Source: an uncultured Nitrospiraceae bacterium
Lineage (GTDB): Bacteria > Nitrospirota > Thermodesulfovibrionia > Thermodesulfovibrionales > Dissulfurispiraceae
Reading direction: 5' to 3'
DNA length: 33,348 nt
Assembly: GCA_947085205.1 (NCBI GenBank)
Contig: CAMTVO010000029.1
Coordinates: 1 to 33,348, forward strand
Below are positions 7,707-17,063 of this stretch, piece after piece (positions within the stretch are counted from its first letter, which is position 1; each line of letters opens with the position of its first letter). Under the pieces are notes generated by a model. That model searched no databases and was not told where the DNA came from. It saw only the letters and a program-made list of their open reading frames with translations. The position numbers and the translations under genes were made by a program.

Positions 7707-8464
7707 CAGAAACAACCAAGCTCGCAGTCTTTAATTTTTATCCTAAGTTCGTTGGCAGTCTTCCCTACTTCCTTGTAAGGAATTCCAATCTCTTCGGCGA
7801 TTTTCTTTGCATCGCTGCATGTAATGCCATTCGTCGATCGTTCTTTTAAGATATTTTTGATCTCTTTTTTCTTTGTGATCATTTCTATGCAGTTTATCAA
7901 TTCCTTTATATTCTGCGATGAGTATTTCGGCGACTCTTCTTTGATAATAATGTCAGCCTGTTTCTGTATCTTATGGGCAGAGGGCTTAATCTTTCCCTTA
8001 GAAACACCAGCTATAAATACTACAATGTCCGGCTTTAAAAACTCAATTGCGCTGTTGCCTTCGATGATTATGCCGTCGAGATGTGAGAGCCTGTTGACGG
8101 CTATCGGAAGGACTTCATGGAGTTCGTTTTGAGGAGACTGAACCCATAGCACCTCTTCTGCACCTGCATCTATAAGCCTTCTTGTGTCTTTATTCTCCTG
8201 ACGGAGTATTGTATGGTCATCGATGATAGAGGCATAGAAAGCGGTTTTTGTGTATTTGATGGCGCCCCACTTGCTCCCAGTGGCCAAGGATTCGGGGGTT
8301 CGAGGATTCAAGGGAATAACCTTCTCTGCTATTAAATTTTTGGCCCCTTGACCCCTTGGCCCCTTGACCCCTTTAGTAAGATATTTTAAGATTGCAACCG
8401 CTAAGGTTGTTTTGCCGGCTCCGCTGTGAGCCCCGCCGATGCCGATGCGAAAGGGTTTTTTCAT
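7706..8464 (-). CDS. P-loop NTPase (MobB-like) with C-terminal Cys-containing HTH-like domain ending CELGCF
   Basis: GGAHSGAGKTT Walker A, DTRRLIDAGA, IIEGNS; C-terminal ITCSDAKKIA...KIKDCELGCF. Confidence 0.7.
   Translation of the reverse strand: MKKPFRIGIGGAHSGAGKTTLAVAILKYLTKGVKGPRGQGAKNLIAEKVIPLNPRTPESLATGSKWGAIKYTKTAFYASIIDDHTILRQENKDTRRLIDAGAEEVLWVQSPQNELHEVLPIAVNRLSHLDGIIIEGNSAIEFLKPDIVVFIAGVSKGKIKPSAHKIQKQADIIIKEESPKYSSQNIKELINCIEMITKKKEIKNILKERSTNGITCSDAKKIAEEIGIPYKEVGKTANELRIKIKDCELGCF
8286..8373. repeat. bipartite inverted octamer array in frame within the P-loop gene
   Basis: AAGGATTC-GGGGGTTC-GAGGATTC-AAGGG, 27-bp spacer, then GGCCCCTT-GACCCCTT-GGCCCCTT-GACCCCTT. Confidence 0.88.
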
Positions 8465-8467
8465 CGA

Positions 8468-10846
8468 TTAAGCTTCGCTGCTTGCTGTTTCTTCTTTCTT
8501 TGCCTCTTCTTTATAATCGCAGCTTTTATTTAAACAAATGTGGAAGACCTCACCAGTCTTGTTCCATCTCTCGACAAGAAAGGATGCATTACACTTGGGG
8601 CACTGTTTTGGCACAGGTTTAGACCACATTGCAAATTTGCATTCCGGATATTTGCTGCAGCTCCAGAAGGACTTGCCTCTTTTTGACCTTCTTTCGACAA
8701 TATCGCCGCCATCCAGAGGACACTTAATGCCTGTCGAGATGGGCTTTGTATTTTTACATTCGGGATATTTTGAGCACGCTAAGAATTTGCCGAATTTCCC
8801 GTTTTTTATGACCATCGCAGAACCGCACTTTTCGCAGATTTCTTCTGACTCTTGACTCTTGACTCTTGACTCTTGACTCTCTAATGGCTTTGTGTTTTTG
8901 CAGTTTGGATAAGCTGTGCATGCGAGGAATCTGCCGTGCCTTCCCCACTTTATGGCCATCAGCGAGCCGCATTTCTCGCATATCTCTTCTGTCGGAATGT
9001 CCTGCGGTTTGACCTTGTTTTGATCCTTAGATGCTGCCTTTAGGTCTTTACTGAAGGGTTCATAAAAATCATTGATGACATCAACCCATTTCATCTTGGC
9101 ATTTTCTATCTCATCCAGTTCCTCTTCCATCTTTGCCGTGAACCTATAATCTATAAGTTCAGGGAATTTATCCACCAGTAGGTCATTCACTACAATACCG
9201 AGTTCTGTCGGCATAAAGCGCCTGTCTTCATTTTTTTCGGCATATTTTCTTTCCTGTACCGTTGACAGGATTGAAGCATAGGTGCTTGGTCTTCCAATTC
9301 CCTTTTCCTCAAGCGTTTTGACGAGGGTAGCCTCTGTATATCTCGGCGGAGGCTGCGTGAAATGCTGCAGGGGCTTTATTTCCTGCAGCTGAAGGGTATC
9401 TTTCTCCTTTATGGATGGAAGAAGCCCGCCTTCCTCTTGTTCCAACTCATCCTTGCTCTCCGTATACAATGCCATGAATCCCGGAAATCTTATTACCGTG
9501 CCTGATGCCCTGAGTTCTGTACCCGTTGCCTCTATTCCCGAATCCTTTAATCCAATGATGTATGTTGTCTGTTCCAGTTGCGCGGGCGCCATCTGGCTTG
9601 CTATGAACCTGTTCCATACGAGGGTATAAAGGTTATACTGGTCTTTTGACAGAAATGACTTTACCATTTCCGGTTTTTTGTCTGGGTATGTAGGTCTTAC
9701 TGCCTCGTGCGCTTCTTGAGCACTGCCCTTGCTTTTGTAGTGCGGCGGTTTTTCGGGGAGATAATCCTTTCCGAACCGTTCCTCTACGAGGTCTCTTGCC
9801 CATTTCTGCGCTTCCGGCGCTATGCGGAAAGAGTCTGTCCTCATGTATGTAATTAAACCTACCGAGCCTTCTTCTCCTAACTCTATACCTTCATAAAGTT
9901 GCTGAGCTATCATCATGGTCTTTTTTGCAGGGAATCTAAGCCTCCTTGCAGCCTCCTGCTGCAAGGTGCTTGTAATAAAGGGAGGGGAGGGAGACCTTTT
10001 CCTGAGCTTCTGGTCTATTTTTGATAGATAGAACTCTTTGTCCTTAATCTCGTCTGTAATCTGTTGAGCGCTCTCTGCATTGGTGATAAGGAATCGCTTT
10101 CCTTCCTCTGCATCGCGGTTAATCACAAGCGAGTCGTTGTATTTATAAAGCCTTGCCGAAAACTGCGACAGGGCGCTCGTTGAACTACTTGAACTATTTG
10201 AACGATCTTTTGTGGTATGCGATTCACTGTGGAATGGTTCAACCTTTGGTTGGAAGAGCGCCTCTATTGTCCAGTATTCCTCTTTGTTAAATGACTCGAT
10301 TTCACGCTCCCTGTCAACTATAAGTTTTACCGTAACGGACTGGACCCTTCCGGCGCTTAATCCCCTTCTTACCTTTTTCCAGAGAAAGGGGCTGAGGTTG
10401 TATCCCACAAGCCTGTCGAGGATCCTGCGCGCCTGCTGGGCCTCAACCTTATTGATATCTATTTCTCCAGGGTTTTGTATCGCTTCTTTTACTGCGCGCT
10501 CGGTTATTTCGTGGAATGTTACGCGGTATACCTTTTTTGAGTTTTTGGGAGGCTTAATCTCTTCTGCTATGTGATAGGCTATGGCTTCTCCCTCCCTGTC
10601 AGGGTCTGTTGCGATGTATATCTTTTCTGCCTTTTTTGCCTCGCCTTTCAGTTCTTTTATTACCTTTTCTTTGCCGTGAATGATTTCATAGCGAGGTTTG
10701 AAATTATTATCGACATCCACTCCGAGTTCTTTCTTAGGAAGGTCTTTGACATGGCCTATGGATGCCTTTACCCCGAAATCCTTGCCGAGGATTTTATTAA
10801 TGGTCTTTGCCTTTGCCGGTGATTCAACAATAACGAGAGACTTCAA
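8468..10846 (-). CDS. topA: DNA topoisomerase I (type IA) with C-terminal zinc ribbons
   Basis: LVIVESPAKAKTI, ATDPDREGEAI, SAGRVQS, LITYMRTDS, GIGRPSTY, C4 zinc ribbons; TTG start. Confidence 0.97.
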   Translation of the reverse strand: MKSLVIVESPAKAKTINKILGKDFGVKASIGHVKDLPKKELGVDVDNNFKPRYEIIHGKEKVIKELKGEAKKAEKIYIATDPDREGEAIAYHIAEEIKPPKNSKKVYRVTFHEITERAVKEAIQNPGEIDINKVEAQQARRILDRLVGYNLSPFLWKKVRRGLSAGRVQSVTVKLIVDREREIESFNKEEYWTIEALFQPKVEPFHSESHTTKDRSNSSSSSTSALSQFSARLYKYNDSLVINRDAEEGKRFLITNAESAQQITDEIKDKEFYLSKIDQKLRKRSPSPPFITSTLQQEAARRLRFPAKKTMMIAQQLYEGIELGEEGSVGLITYMRTDSFRIAPEAQKWARDLVEERFGKDYLPEKPPHYKSKGSAQEAHEAVRPTYPDKKPEMVKSFLSKDQYNLYTLVWNRFIASQMAPAQLEQTTYIIGLKDSGIEATGTELRASGTVIRFPGFMALYTESKDELEQEEGGLLPSIKEKDTLQLQEIKPLQHFTQPPPRYTEATLVKTLEEKGIGRPSTYASILSTVQERKYAEKNEDRRFMPTELGIVVNDLLVDKFPELIDYRFTAKMEEELDEIENAKMKWVDVINDFYEPFSKDLKAASKDQNKVKPQDIPTEEICEKCGSLMAIKWGRHGRFLACTAYPNCKNTKPLESQESRVKSQESEEICEKCGSAMVIKNGKFGKFLACSKYPECKNTKPISTGIKCPLDGGDIVERRSKRGKSFWSCSKYPECKFAMWSKPVPKQCPKCNASFLVERWNKTGEVFHICLNKSCDYKEEAKKEETASSEA
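8846..8880. repeat. perfect heptamer array in frame within topA
   Basis: (TGACTCT)5; encodes ESQESRVKSQES between two zinc ribbons. Confidence 0.95.
10180..10206. repeat. nonamer array in frame within topA
   Basis: TTGAACTAC-TTGAACTAT-TTGAACGAT; inverted GTTCAA at 10237..10242. Confidence 0.75.
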
Positions 10847-10861
10847 TGTGCATTTCCTCCG

Positions 10862-11146
10862 TTAGTTCCATGTTATCTGGCGACCTCTACCGAATATAAA
10901 GGCGTATATCTCTTCGGTTTCAATCTCTGTTTCCTTCATCAGAATATATGACAGAAGCGCCTTTATAGTGTCAAGTTCTGAATCGTCTATATATTGGGAT
11001 AACTCAAGCGTCAACAGCTCTTCTTTTACTGTCAGAAAATCTATGTCAAATACGCTGATCTTTTTTAAGGCATCATCCGCATCATAACCTTTTTCTATAA
11101 GTTCCCTTGCGAGTATGCGCAGGACATCTATAAACCTTCTTGCCAA
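10862..11146 (-). CDS. small acidic protein, Smg/DUF494-like by position
   Basis: 94-aa ORF, GGAGGAG RBS with TTG start, lies between dprA and topA where smg is usually found. Confidence 0.55.
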   Translation of the reverse strand: MARRFIDVLRILARELIEKGYDADDALKKISVFDIDFLTVKEELLTLELSQYIDDSELDTIKALLSYILMKETEIETEEIYAFIFGRGRQITWN

Positions 11147-11156
11147 CTTCTCCTCC

Positions 11157-12290
11157 CTATAAAATATAAAATCTCTTGCCTTCAGCCTGTTTTACAACGT
11201 CTTTAATCTCGAGGCCGAGTAGCATGCCCAAGAGCCTTGAGGTCCGTATTTTAGTCTCCCTCGATATTGCGTCTATATGTTTTGGTTCGCTGCTCAAAAT
11301 ATTACATATTGCCTTTTCTTCATCGGTAATTTCAAGTCCGTTTGGATTTTTTGAAAAGATTTCTCCTGAAATATTCTTCGAAGAACATAAAAGTCCCTTT
11401 AAGTGAGGAGCTATTTCTTCGAGTATGTCTTCAACCTTCTGGACTAATTTTGCTCCTTTTTTAATAAGGGCATTTGTCCCCTCCGAATTTCTTGATGTTA
11501 CATTGCCGGGAATTGCGAATACTTCCCTGTTCTGTTGAAGCGCACAATTGGCTGTTATTAATGAGCCGCTGTTTATAGTGGCTTCTACTACGACAACTCC
11601 GAGGGAGAGGCCGCTTATCAATCTGTTTCTTTTTGGAAAGTTCTCTTTGTTCGGCGGCGTCCCGAGAGGAAATTCACTGATTACACAGCCGTTATTTGAT
11701 AGCGATTCAAAGAGCTCCTTGTTTTCCGGAGGGTATGGATTGTCAAGACCGCAGCCCAGCACGGCGATGCTTCTTCCGTCTGCATTTAGAGCGCCTTTGT
11801 GCGAAACCGTATCTATTCCCCTTGCCATTCCGCTTACTACTGAGATCCTGAATGAGGCAAGTTCGGATGTTATTATTTCCGTGATCTTTTTCCCATATTC
11901 GGTCATATTTCTTGAGCCGACCATAGCAACAGCGTATTTGTCTTCTTTTATGAAGTTCCCTTTTGCATAGAGGATTATCGGCGAGTCGTCGATATGTCTC
12001 AGGTTTTCAGGATATTCGCTGTCTGCATATGTGATTATTCTGATATCGTGATCTTTTATCTTCTCCATCTCTTCTTCGACCATGTTCCATGAATCGAATT
12101 CGTGAATCCTCCTTGCCCGCAATTCGCTTATATCTTCAACATCTCTAAGCTCATTGAGGCTTGCTTTAAGTATTCTTTGCGGAGAGTGGAATGTTGAAAG
12201 AAGACGCTTTACGGTTATTGGTCCCGTGTCCTTTATAAAGGAGAGGGCGAGCCAGTATTTCAGGTCGTCGGCATTATGCTGTTTTTTCAT
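11157..12290 (-). CDS. dprA: DNA-processing protein DprA
   Basis: VGSR, VVSGMARGID, FPKRNRLISGLS, SGSLITA, REVFAIPG, C-terminal winged helix. Confidence 0.95.
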   Translation of the reverse strand: MKKQHNADDLKYWLALSFIKDTGPITVKRLLSTFHSPQRILKASLNELRDVEDISELRARRIHEFDSWNMVEEEMEKIKDHDIRIITYADSEYPENLRHIDDSPIILYAKGNFIKEDKYAVAMVGSRNMTEYGKKITEIITSELASFRISVVSGMARGIDTVSHKGALNADGRSIAVLGCGLDNPYPPENKELFESLSNNGCVISEFPLGTPPNKENFPKRNRLISGLSLGVVVVEATINSGSLITANCALQQNREVFAIPGNVTSRNSEGTNALIKKGAKLVQKVEDILEEIAPHLKGLLCSSKNISGEIFSKNPNGLEITDEEKAICNILSSEPKHIDAISRETKIRTSRLLGMLLGLEIKDVVKQAEGKRFYIL

Positions 12291-12403
12291 CTGCTATACC
12301 TATCATTGAGAGGCTGTAACTGTCTTTCGACAAGATTAAACTACCTTTCTGCAGGTGTAAATGTCTTTCATTTAGATAAGTGTTTAAACAAAATTCTGAT
12401 GTC

Positions 12404-12425
12404 GGGGCAGCTTTCAGGCTACCCC
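12404..12425. repeat. GC-rich hairpin (REP-like or weak terminator) downstream of argG
   Basis: GGGGCAGC-tttcag-GCTACCCC; 8-bp stem on the minus-strand RNA with one G-U pair. Confidence 0.5.
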
Positions 12426-12477
12426 TCGTTGAAGCAGACTCGTGAATTTTGTCTCAATCCAGCCACAGCCTCCCCTT

Positions 12478-13680
12478 TTACGTATTTTGTCCCCTGAAAA
12501 GGCTGTTGACCTTCAGGCGAAGCGCATTGAGTTTAATGAAACCTTCTGCGTCCTTCTGGTTGTATATCTTTTCTGCCTCGAATGTTGCGAGTTCCGGATG
12601 ATAGAGGGATTTCGGAGATTTTCTTCCCACAACAATGCAGTTTCCTTTATAGAGTTTCAGTCTTACAGTGCCTATTACATCTTTCTGTATGGAATCCATG
12701 GTTGTCTGCAGCATCTCCCTTTCCGGAGAGAACCAATAGCCGTAATATATGAGCTCTGCATACTTAGGGATAAGGGAATCCCTGAGATGTAAGACCTCTC
12801 TATCAAGAGTTATAGACTCCAGCGCCCTATGGGCTATGTGCAGGACTGTGCCTGCAGGAGTCTCATAAACGCCTCTTGATTTAATCCCCACATATCTGTT
12901 TTCCACAATATCTATCCTGCCTATACCGTTTTCTCCTGCAATCTTATTCAGCTTTTCAAAAAGGTCGACAGGCGACAAAAATTCTTCATTTAAGCCGGCA
13001 GGATTCCCTTTTTCGTAGTGTATATCGACATATATATGCTTATCCTGTGCCTTTTCAGGAGACACTATCATGGTGTACATATCAAATGGAGGCTCTGCCC
13101 AAGGGTCCTCAAGCACTCCTCCCTCATAGCTTATGTGAAAGATATTTCTGTCGGTGCTGTAGGGTTTTTCCTTTGTGGCCGGAACAGGAATGCCGTGCTT
13201 TTCAGCATAATCTATTAGCGATTGTCTTGAGTCAAAAGACCATTCGCGCCACGGCGATATGACCTTTATATCAGGTTTAAGAGCATAATATGTTAGTTCA
13301 AATCTTACCTGGTCGTTTCCCTTGCCTGTTGCTCCATGTGCAACTGCATCGGCATTCTCTTTTATCGCTATATCGATCTGTTTCTTTGCTATCAGCGGTC
13401 TTGCTATCGATGTACCTAACATGTAAGCGCCTTCATAGACGGCATTCGCCCTAAGCATAGGGAATATATAGTCCTTTACAAATTCATTTCTTAAATCCTC
13501 CACATATGCCTTTGAAGCGCCTGTCTTAATGGCCTTTTCTTTTATGGCACTCAAATCCTCTCCTTGACCGAGGTTTGCACAGAATGCTATCACTTCTGCG
13601 TTATATGTCTCTATGAGCCACTTTATGACGATGGATGTATCGAGACCTCCCGAATATGCCAATACAATCTTCTTTGCCAT
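12478..13680 (-). CDS. argG: argininosuccinate synthase
   Basis: [34 protein letters not shown]. Start reassigned to MAKK (AGGAGG RBS). Confidence 0.97.
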   Translation of the reverse strand: MAKKIVLAYSGGLDTSIVIKWLIETYNAEVIAFCANLGQGEDLSAIKEKAIKTGASKAYVEDLRNEFVKDYIFPMLRANAVYEGAYMLGTSIARPLIAKKQIDIAIKENADAVAHGATGKGNDQVRFELTYYALKPDIKVISPWREWSFDSRQSLIDYAEKHGIPVPATKEKPYSTDRNIFHISYEGGVLEDPWAEPPFDMYTMIVSPEKAQDKHIYVDIHYEKGNPAGLNEEFLSPVDLFEKLNKIAGENGIGRIDIVENRYVGIKSRGVYETPAGTVLHIAHRALESITLDREVLHLRDSLIPKYAELIYYGYWFSPEREMLQTTMDSIQKDVIGTVRLKLYKGNCIVVGRKSPKSLYHPELATFEAEKIYNQKDAEGFIKLNALRLKVNSLFRGQNT

Positions 13681-13853
13681 AAAATTCCTCCTGATTTTAC
13701 TCGTCAATTATTCACATTATCATAAACTTGGGTTTTTAGTGAAGTGCACAGGCATGGACAGTGAAGTCCCTTCAGGTCTAAAACAACATCGGGTTTAACA
13801 GGCATGGATTATAATTAACATAGAAAAATACAAAAATTCCACTTGAAAATAAT

Positions 13854-13892
13854 AAAGGCAAGGGGATTGGCTTTGCCAATCCCCTTGCCTTT
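13854..13892 (-). terminator. intrinsic terminator of the GYD gene
   Basis: Perfect 18-bp stem AAAGGCAAGGGGATTGGC/GCCAATCCCCTTGCCTTT, U-rich tail on the minus strand, 9 bp after the stop. Confidence 0.8.
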
Positions 13893-13901
13893 GAGGTGTA
13901 T

Positions 13902-14186
13902 TTACTTAATCTTCTTCACAAACTCTTCTGCTGGAATTGCAGGCAATGTGAGGAGTTCTACCGACCCTCTTGCCCCTAATTCTACAGACATCTTCATAAC
14001 TGTTTCATTATCCGGAGCCTCTACGATATTCACAAAATCATAGGGACCTAAAACTGCAAACTGTTCCTTTACCTTTACCCCCATTGCTTCCAGTTCCTTG
14101 TTGACCTCGAACATCCTTCCGGGTTTCTCTTTGATGGTCTTTCTTCCGTCATCCGTCAACTTGCTCAAAATTACATAATAGGCCAT
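13902..14186 (-). CDS. GYD-domain protein
   Basis: LGPYDFVNIVEAPD motif; start reassigned to MAYY with GGAGGG RBS. Confidence 0.85.
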   Translation of the reverse strand: MAYYVILSKLTDDGRKTIKEKPGRMFEVNKELEAMGVKVKEQFAVLGPYDFVNIVEAPDNETVMKMSVELGARGSVELLTLPAIPAEEFVKKIK

Positions 14187-14299
14187 AGATTTACCCTCCT
14201 TTGTTGTGTTTCTAATTTTGTTATACACCTTAACGAAATGATTGTCAATAATAATTGAAGGGAATTATTGCGGATATAAAAAAGGGCAGTCTTTGCCCT

Positions 14300-14384
14300 A
14301 AAAAAGAGATAGAAATTTCTTGAAGTTTCCCCTCCCTTGACGGGAGGGGGATTGTGAGAAATGACGAGTTTCTATCTCTTTTTT
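14300..14384. repeat. nested inverted-repeat element (MITE/REP-like)
   Basis: Perfect 16-bp outer IR AAAAAAGAGATAGAAA/TTTCTATCTCTTTTTT enclosing CCCCTCCC-ttgac-GGGAGGGG. Confidence 0.75.
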
Positions 14385-14439
14385 TCGGGGTCTATTATTA
14401 ACTTGAATCAATGACGATTCTTCATATAAATTAATTGTC

Positions 14440-15288
14440 ATGGAAACCATAAGAATACCGAGAATAATGAAGGAGACCTCAAAAAGGCATTTACACAATG
14501 GCAGGACAATAGGTTTTGTCCCTACAATGGGAGCCCTGCACGAAGGGCATCTAAGTCTTGTTAAGAGAGCAAAGAGCGAAAATGATATTGTGGTTGTTAG
14601 CATATTTGTAAATCCCGCGCAGTTCGGACATGAGGAAGATTTCGATAAATATCCGAGGGATATGGAATGGGATATGGAAAAGCTGAGGAAAGAGGGTGTT
14701 GATGTCTTATTTATTCCTGATGTCAAATCAATGTATCCCGAAGGCTTTTCAACATATATCACAGTAAAGGATTTATCCGATAAGTTGTGCGGAGCCTTCA
14801 GGCCCGGGCATTTCACAGGCGTTGCCACCGTTGTTTGTAAGCTTTTTAATATTGTAATTCCTACAAGGGCATATTTCGGACAGAAAGATTTCCAGCAGAC
14901 GGTCATTATTAAGAGGATGATGGAAGATTTAAATATGGATGCTGAAATGATTATTTGCCCTACTGTCAGGGAAAATGATGGTCTTGCGATGAGCTCAAGA
15001 AATACCTATCTGAGAGAGGAAGAGAGGAGGGCGGCAGCGGTTATTTATAAGACGCTCCTTTCTGCTTCACAGGTGATAAGATTAGGGACATCAAAGCCCA
15101 TTGACGTAAAAAGTCACATGAATGATGTGTTAAAGGCAGAGACGCTCATTTCCGAGATACGGTATGCAGGTATTTATGACACAGAAATGTTGAATGAGTT
15201 GGATGAATTTAAGAAGCAGAATCTTCTTGCAATAGCCGTAAAAATTGGCGATACACGGTTAATTGATAACATGCTTGTGGAATTTTAA
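14440..15288 (+). CDS. panC: pantoate-beta-alanine ligase
   Basis: FVPTMGALHEGH, SIFVNP, RPGHF, FGQKDFQQ, GLAMSSRN, TRLIDN. Confidence 0.97.
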   Translation: METIRIPRIMKETSKRHLHNGRTIGFVPTMGALHEGHLSLVKRAKSENDIVVVSIFVNPAQFGHEEDFDKYPRDMEWDMEKLRKEGVDVLFIPDVKSMYPEGFSTYITVKDLSDKLCGAFRPGHFTGVATVVCKLFNIVIPTRAYFGQKDFQQTVIIKRMMEDLNMDAEMIICPTVRENDGLAMSSRNTYLREEERRAAAVIYKTLLSASQVIRLGTSKPIDVKSHMNDVLKAETLISEIRYAGIYDTEMLNELDEFKKQNLLAIAVKIGDTRLIDNMLVEF

Positions 15289-15302
15289 CTTAATCGTTTG
15301 CC

Positions 15303-17030
15303 TTAGCCTACGCTTACCTGTTTCTGCTGTTCGAACATCTCGATAATCTCTTTTACTGTATTTGTGTCTTCAGGTCTTTTGTCGAATCTGATAAAGCCTG
15401 TCGACCTCGGAAACCTTAGGGCATAGCCTATATCGTCTTTATCCCTTCCTGCAGTATGGGCAGGAGATCGGGTAATCTCGTCAGCCATAACAGTGATCAC
15501 ATATTTTGGCTCAACCCAGACATCCGCATCTATTACAGAATCAACCCTCGGGTGTTTGTGCTTTATCGAAATTTCATCGAGCATCTTTTTAAGCTCAATG
15601 AACTCGTCCTCTTTGAACCCGGAGCCTATCTTGCTTACGGTCTTAAATGTATCTGTCTCCGGTTCATAAACCGCTCCTAAAAGCGCGCCTACGCCGAATT
15701 TTGCCCTTGCGCCTTTTCCCCTGAAATATCCTACGATGCAGACATCAATGGTATCTGCAATCTCTCCTTTATAACTCCTTTTGAGCTTAATCCAGTTGAA
15801 ATTCCTTGCGCCTGCGGAATAAGGCGCATCAAGCCTTTTGGCAACAACCCCTTCAAGTCCGCGCTCAACGGCGCTTTCAAAGTATTTGAATATCTTTGAT
15901 GGATTATCTGTTACAAACATCTCTGAAGGCTCGATGATGTCGTTCTTTTTGATTATGGCCTCAAGTTTTTTTCTTCTTTCTAAAAAAGGCTTTTCCGTAT
16001 AATCAACGCCGTCCAGATAGAGCAAATCGAAAACAAAGAATTTTAATGGGAGCTCCTTTGAGAATTCCTCTATGCCGTGTTTTCTCTTTCTCTGGATTGT
16101 TACCTGAAATGGGAACAATTCCCCTGTGCCTTCATTATAGGCCAGAGCCTCTCCCTCGATAATTGCCTTTTTTGCATTGATGTATTTTTTCATTCCCATC
16201 GTGATCTCGGGGAACATGTGTGTTGTCCTTTCGAGGTTTCTCGAAAACAACTCTACCTTATCATCGTCCTTGTGGCACTGAACCCTGAATCCGTCATATT
16301 TCGCTTCAATTGCCGCCTCGCCGATTTTCTGGATAATATCTTCAGATGATGAAAGCCTTTCGCACAAGGCCATCCTTATTGGATAGCCTACCTGAACTTT
16401 GAATTTTCTTACGCCTTCTATGCCTTTTTTGATGAGCCTCTTTGCAACAAGACCCAAATCAGAGCATAGATTGTATGCCCTCTCAAGCTCAGACCTCAGT
16501 TCCCGATTACCAATGCTTAATGCAAGGGCTTCCAGCACCGTCGGGTCTCCTATCCCGAGCCGCAACCTTCCTATCACGAATCTCGCAATGTATTTTGCAT
16601 CTTTGGGAGAAACGCCTTTAAAGAGATTTGAGAGCAGGCTTATCTTCTTCTCTACGCTTCCATGTCCGCCTGTCTGTGCTATGTCCGTGAGTTCTTCATA
16701 AACCTGTTTTACTGTAAGGTCATAGCCCTCTCTCTTATTCAGTTCTTCCGCCGTCCTTCCCATGTCGCCTGTATGCCTGAAGGTCTGCTCCACTTTTTTG
16801 GTAGGCGTCTCTGTTGCGTCCGATATTGCCCGTATGAGGAGCTTTTCTGATATGCCTATTTCGAGCCCGTGAAACGGCGGCAAAAGCTGCCCCTGACTCA
16901 GGTATATTATCTTGTCTATGTCCTCTCCCGACGCCTCTTTAAAGAGTTTGGCAAGGATATCGAACATCTCCAGACGCTTTGTCGTCTCCTCAAGCCTTTC
17001 AAAATATTCCACAAGTCTTTTAAATTTCAT
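15303..17030 (-). CDS. lig: ATP-dependent DNA ligase (archaeal/eukaryotic Lig1-like architecture)
   Basis: N-terminal DNA-binding domain, EAKYDGFRVQ motif I, IEGE, FDLL, EGVVAK, WIKLK, ALRFPR. Confidence 0.92.
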   Translation of the reverse strand: MKFKRLVEYFERLEETTKRLEMFDILAKLFKEASGEDIDKIIYLSQGQLLPPFHGLEIGISEKLLIRAISDATETPTKKVEQTFRHTGDMGRTAEELNKREGYDLTVKQVYEELTDIAQTGGHGSVEKKISLLSNLFKGVSPKDAKYIARFVIGRLRLGIGDPTVLEALALSIGNRELRSELERAYNLCSDLGLVAKRLIKKGIEGVRKFKVQVGYPIRMALCERLSSSEDIIQKIGEAAIEAKYDGFRVQCHKDDDKVELFSRNLERTTHMFPEITMGMKKYINAKKAIIEGEALAYNEGTGELFPFQVTIQRKRKHGIEEFSKELPLKFFVFDLLYLDGVDYTEKPFLERRKKLEAIIKKNDIIEPSEMFVTDNPSKIFKYFESAVERGLEGVVAKRLDAPYSAGARNFNWIKLKRSYKGEIADTIDVCIVGYFRGKGARAKFGVGALLGAVYEPETDTFKTVSKIGSGFKEDEFIELKKMLDEISIKHKHPRVDSVIDADVWVEPKYVITVMADEITRSPAHTAGRDKDDIGYALRFPRSTGFIRFDKRPEDTNTVKEIIEMFEQQKQVSVG

Positions 17031-17033
17031 ATC

Positions 17034-17063
17034 CTTATCACCTATAGCCCATTGCCTATCGCC
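17034..17063. repeat. degenerate heptamer array filling the DUF488-lig spacer
   Basis: CTTATCA-CCTATAG-CCCATTG-CCTATCG-CC. Confidence 0.7.

Noticed and set aside
9521..9548. Possible decayed octamer array in topA (KDSGIEATG)
   Set aside because: Too degenerate to separate from chance.
12451..12476. Minus-strand GGCTGTGGCTGGATTGAGAC resembles a CRISPR repeat 3' end
   Set aside because: Single copy, no repeat-spacer periodicity and no cas genes.
14298..14906. 202-aa antisense ORF and the many other shadow ORFs (e.g. 5504..5983, 6143..6622, 16869..17300, 18828..19304)
   Set aside because: They overlap well-supported genes on the opposite strand or frame and show no recognisable motifs.
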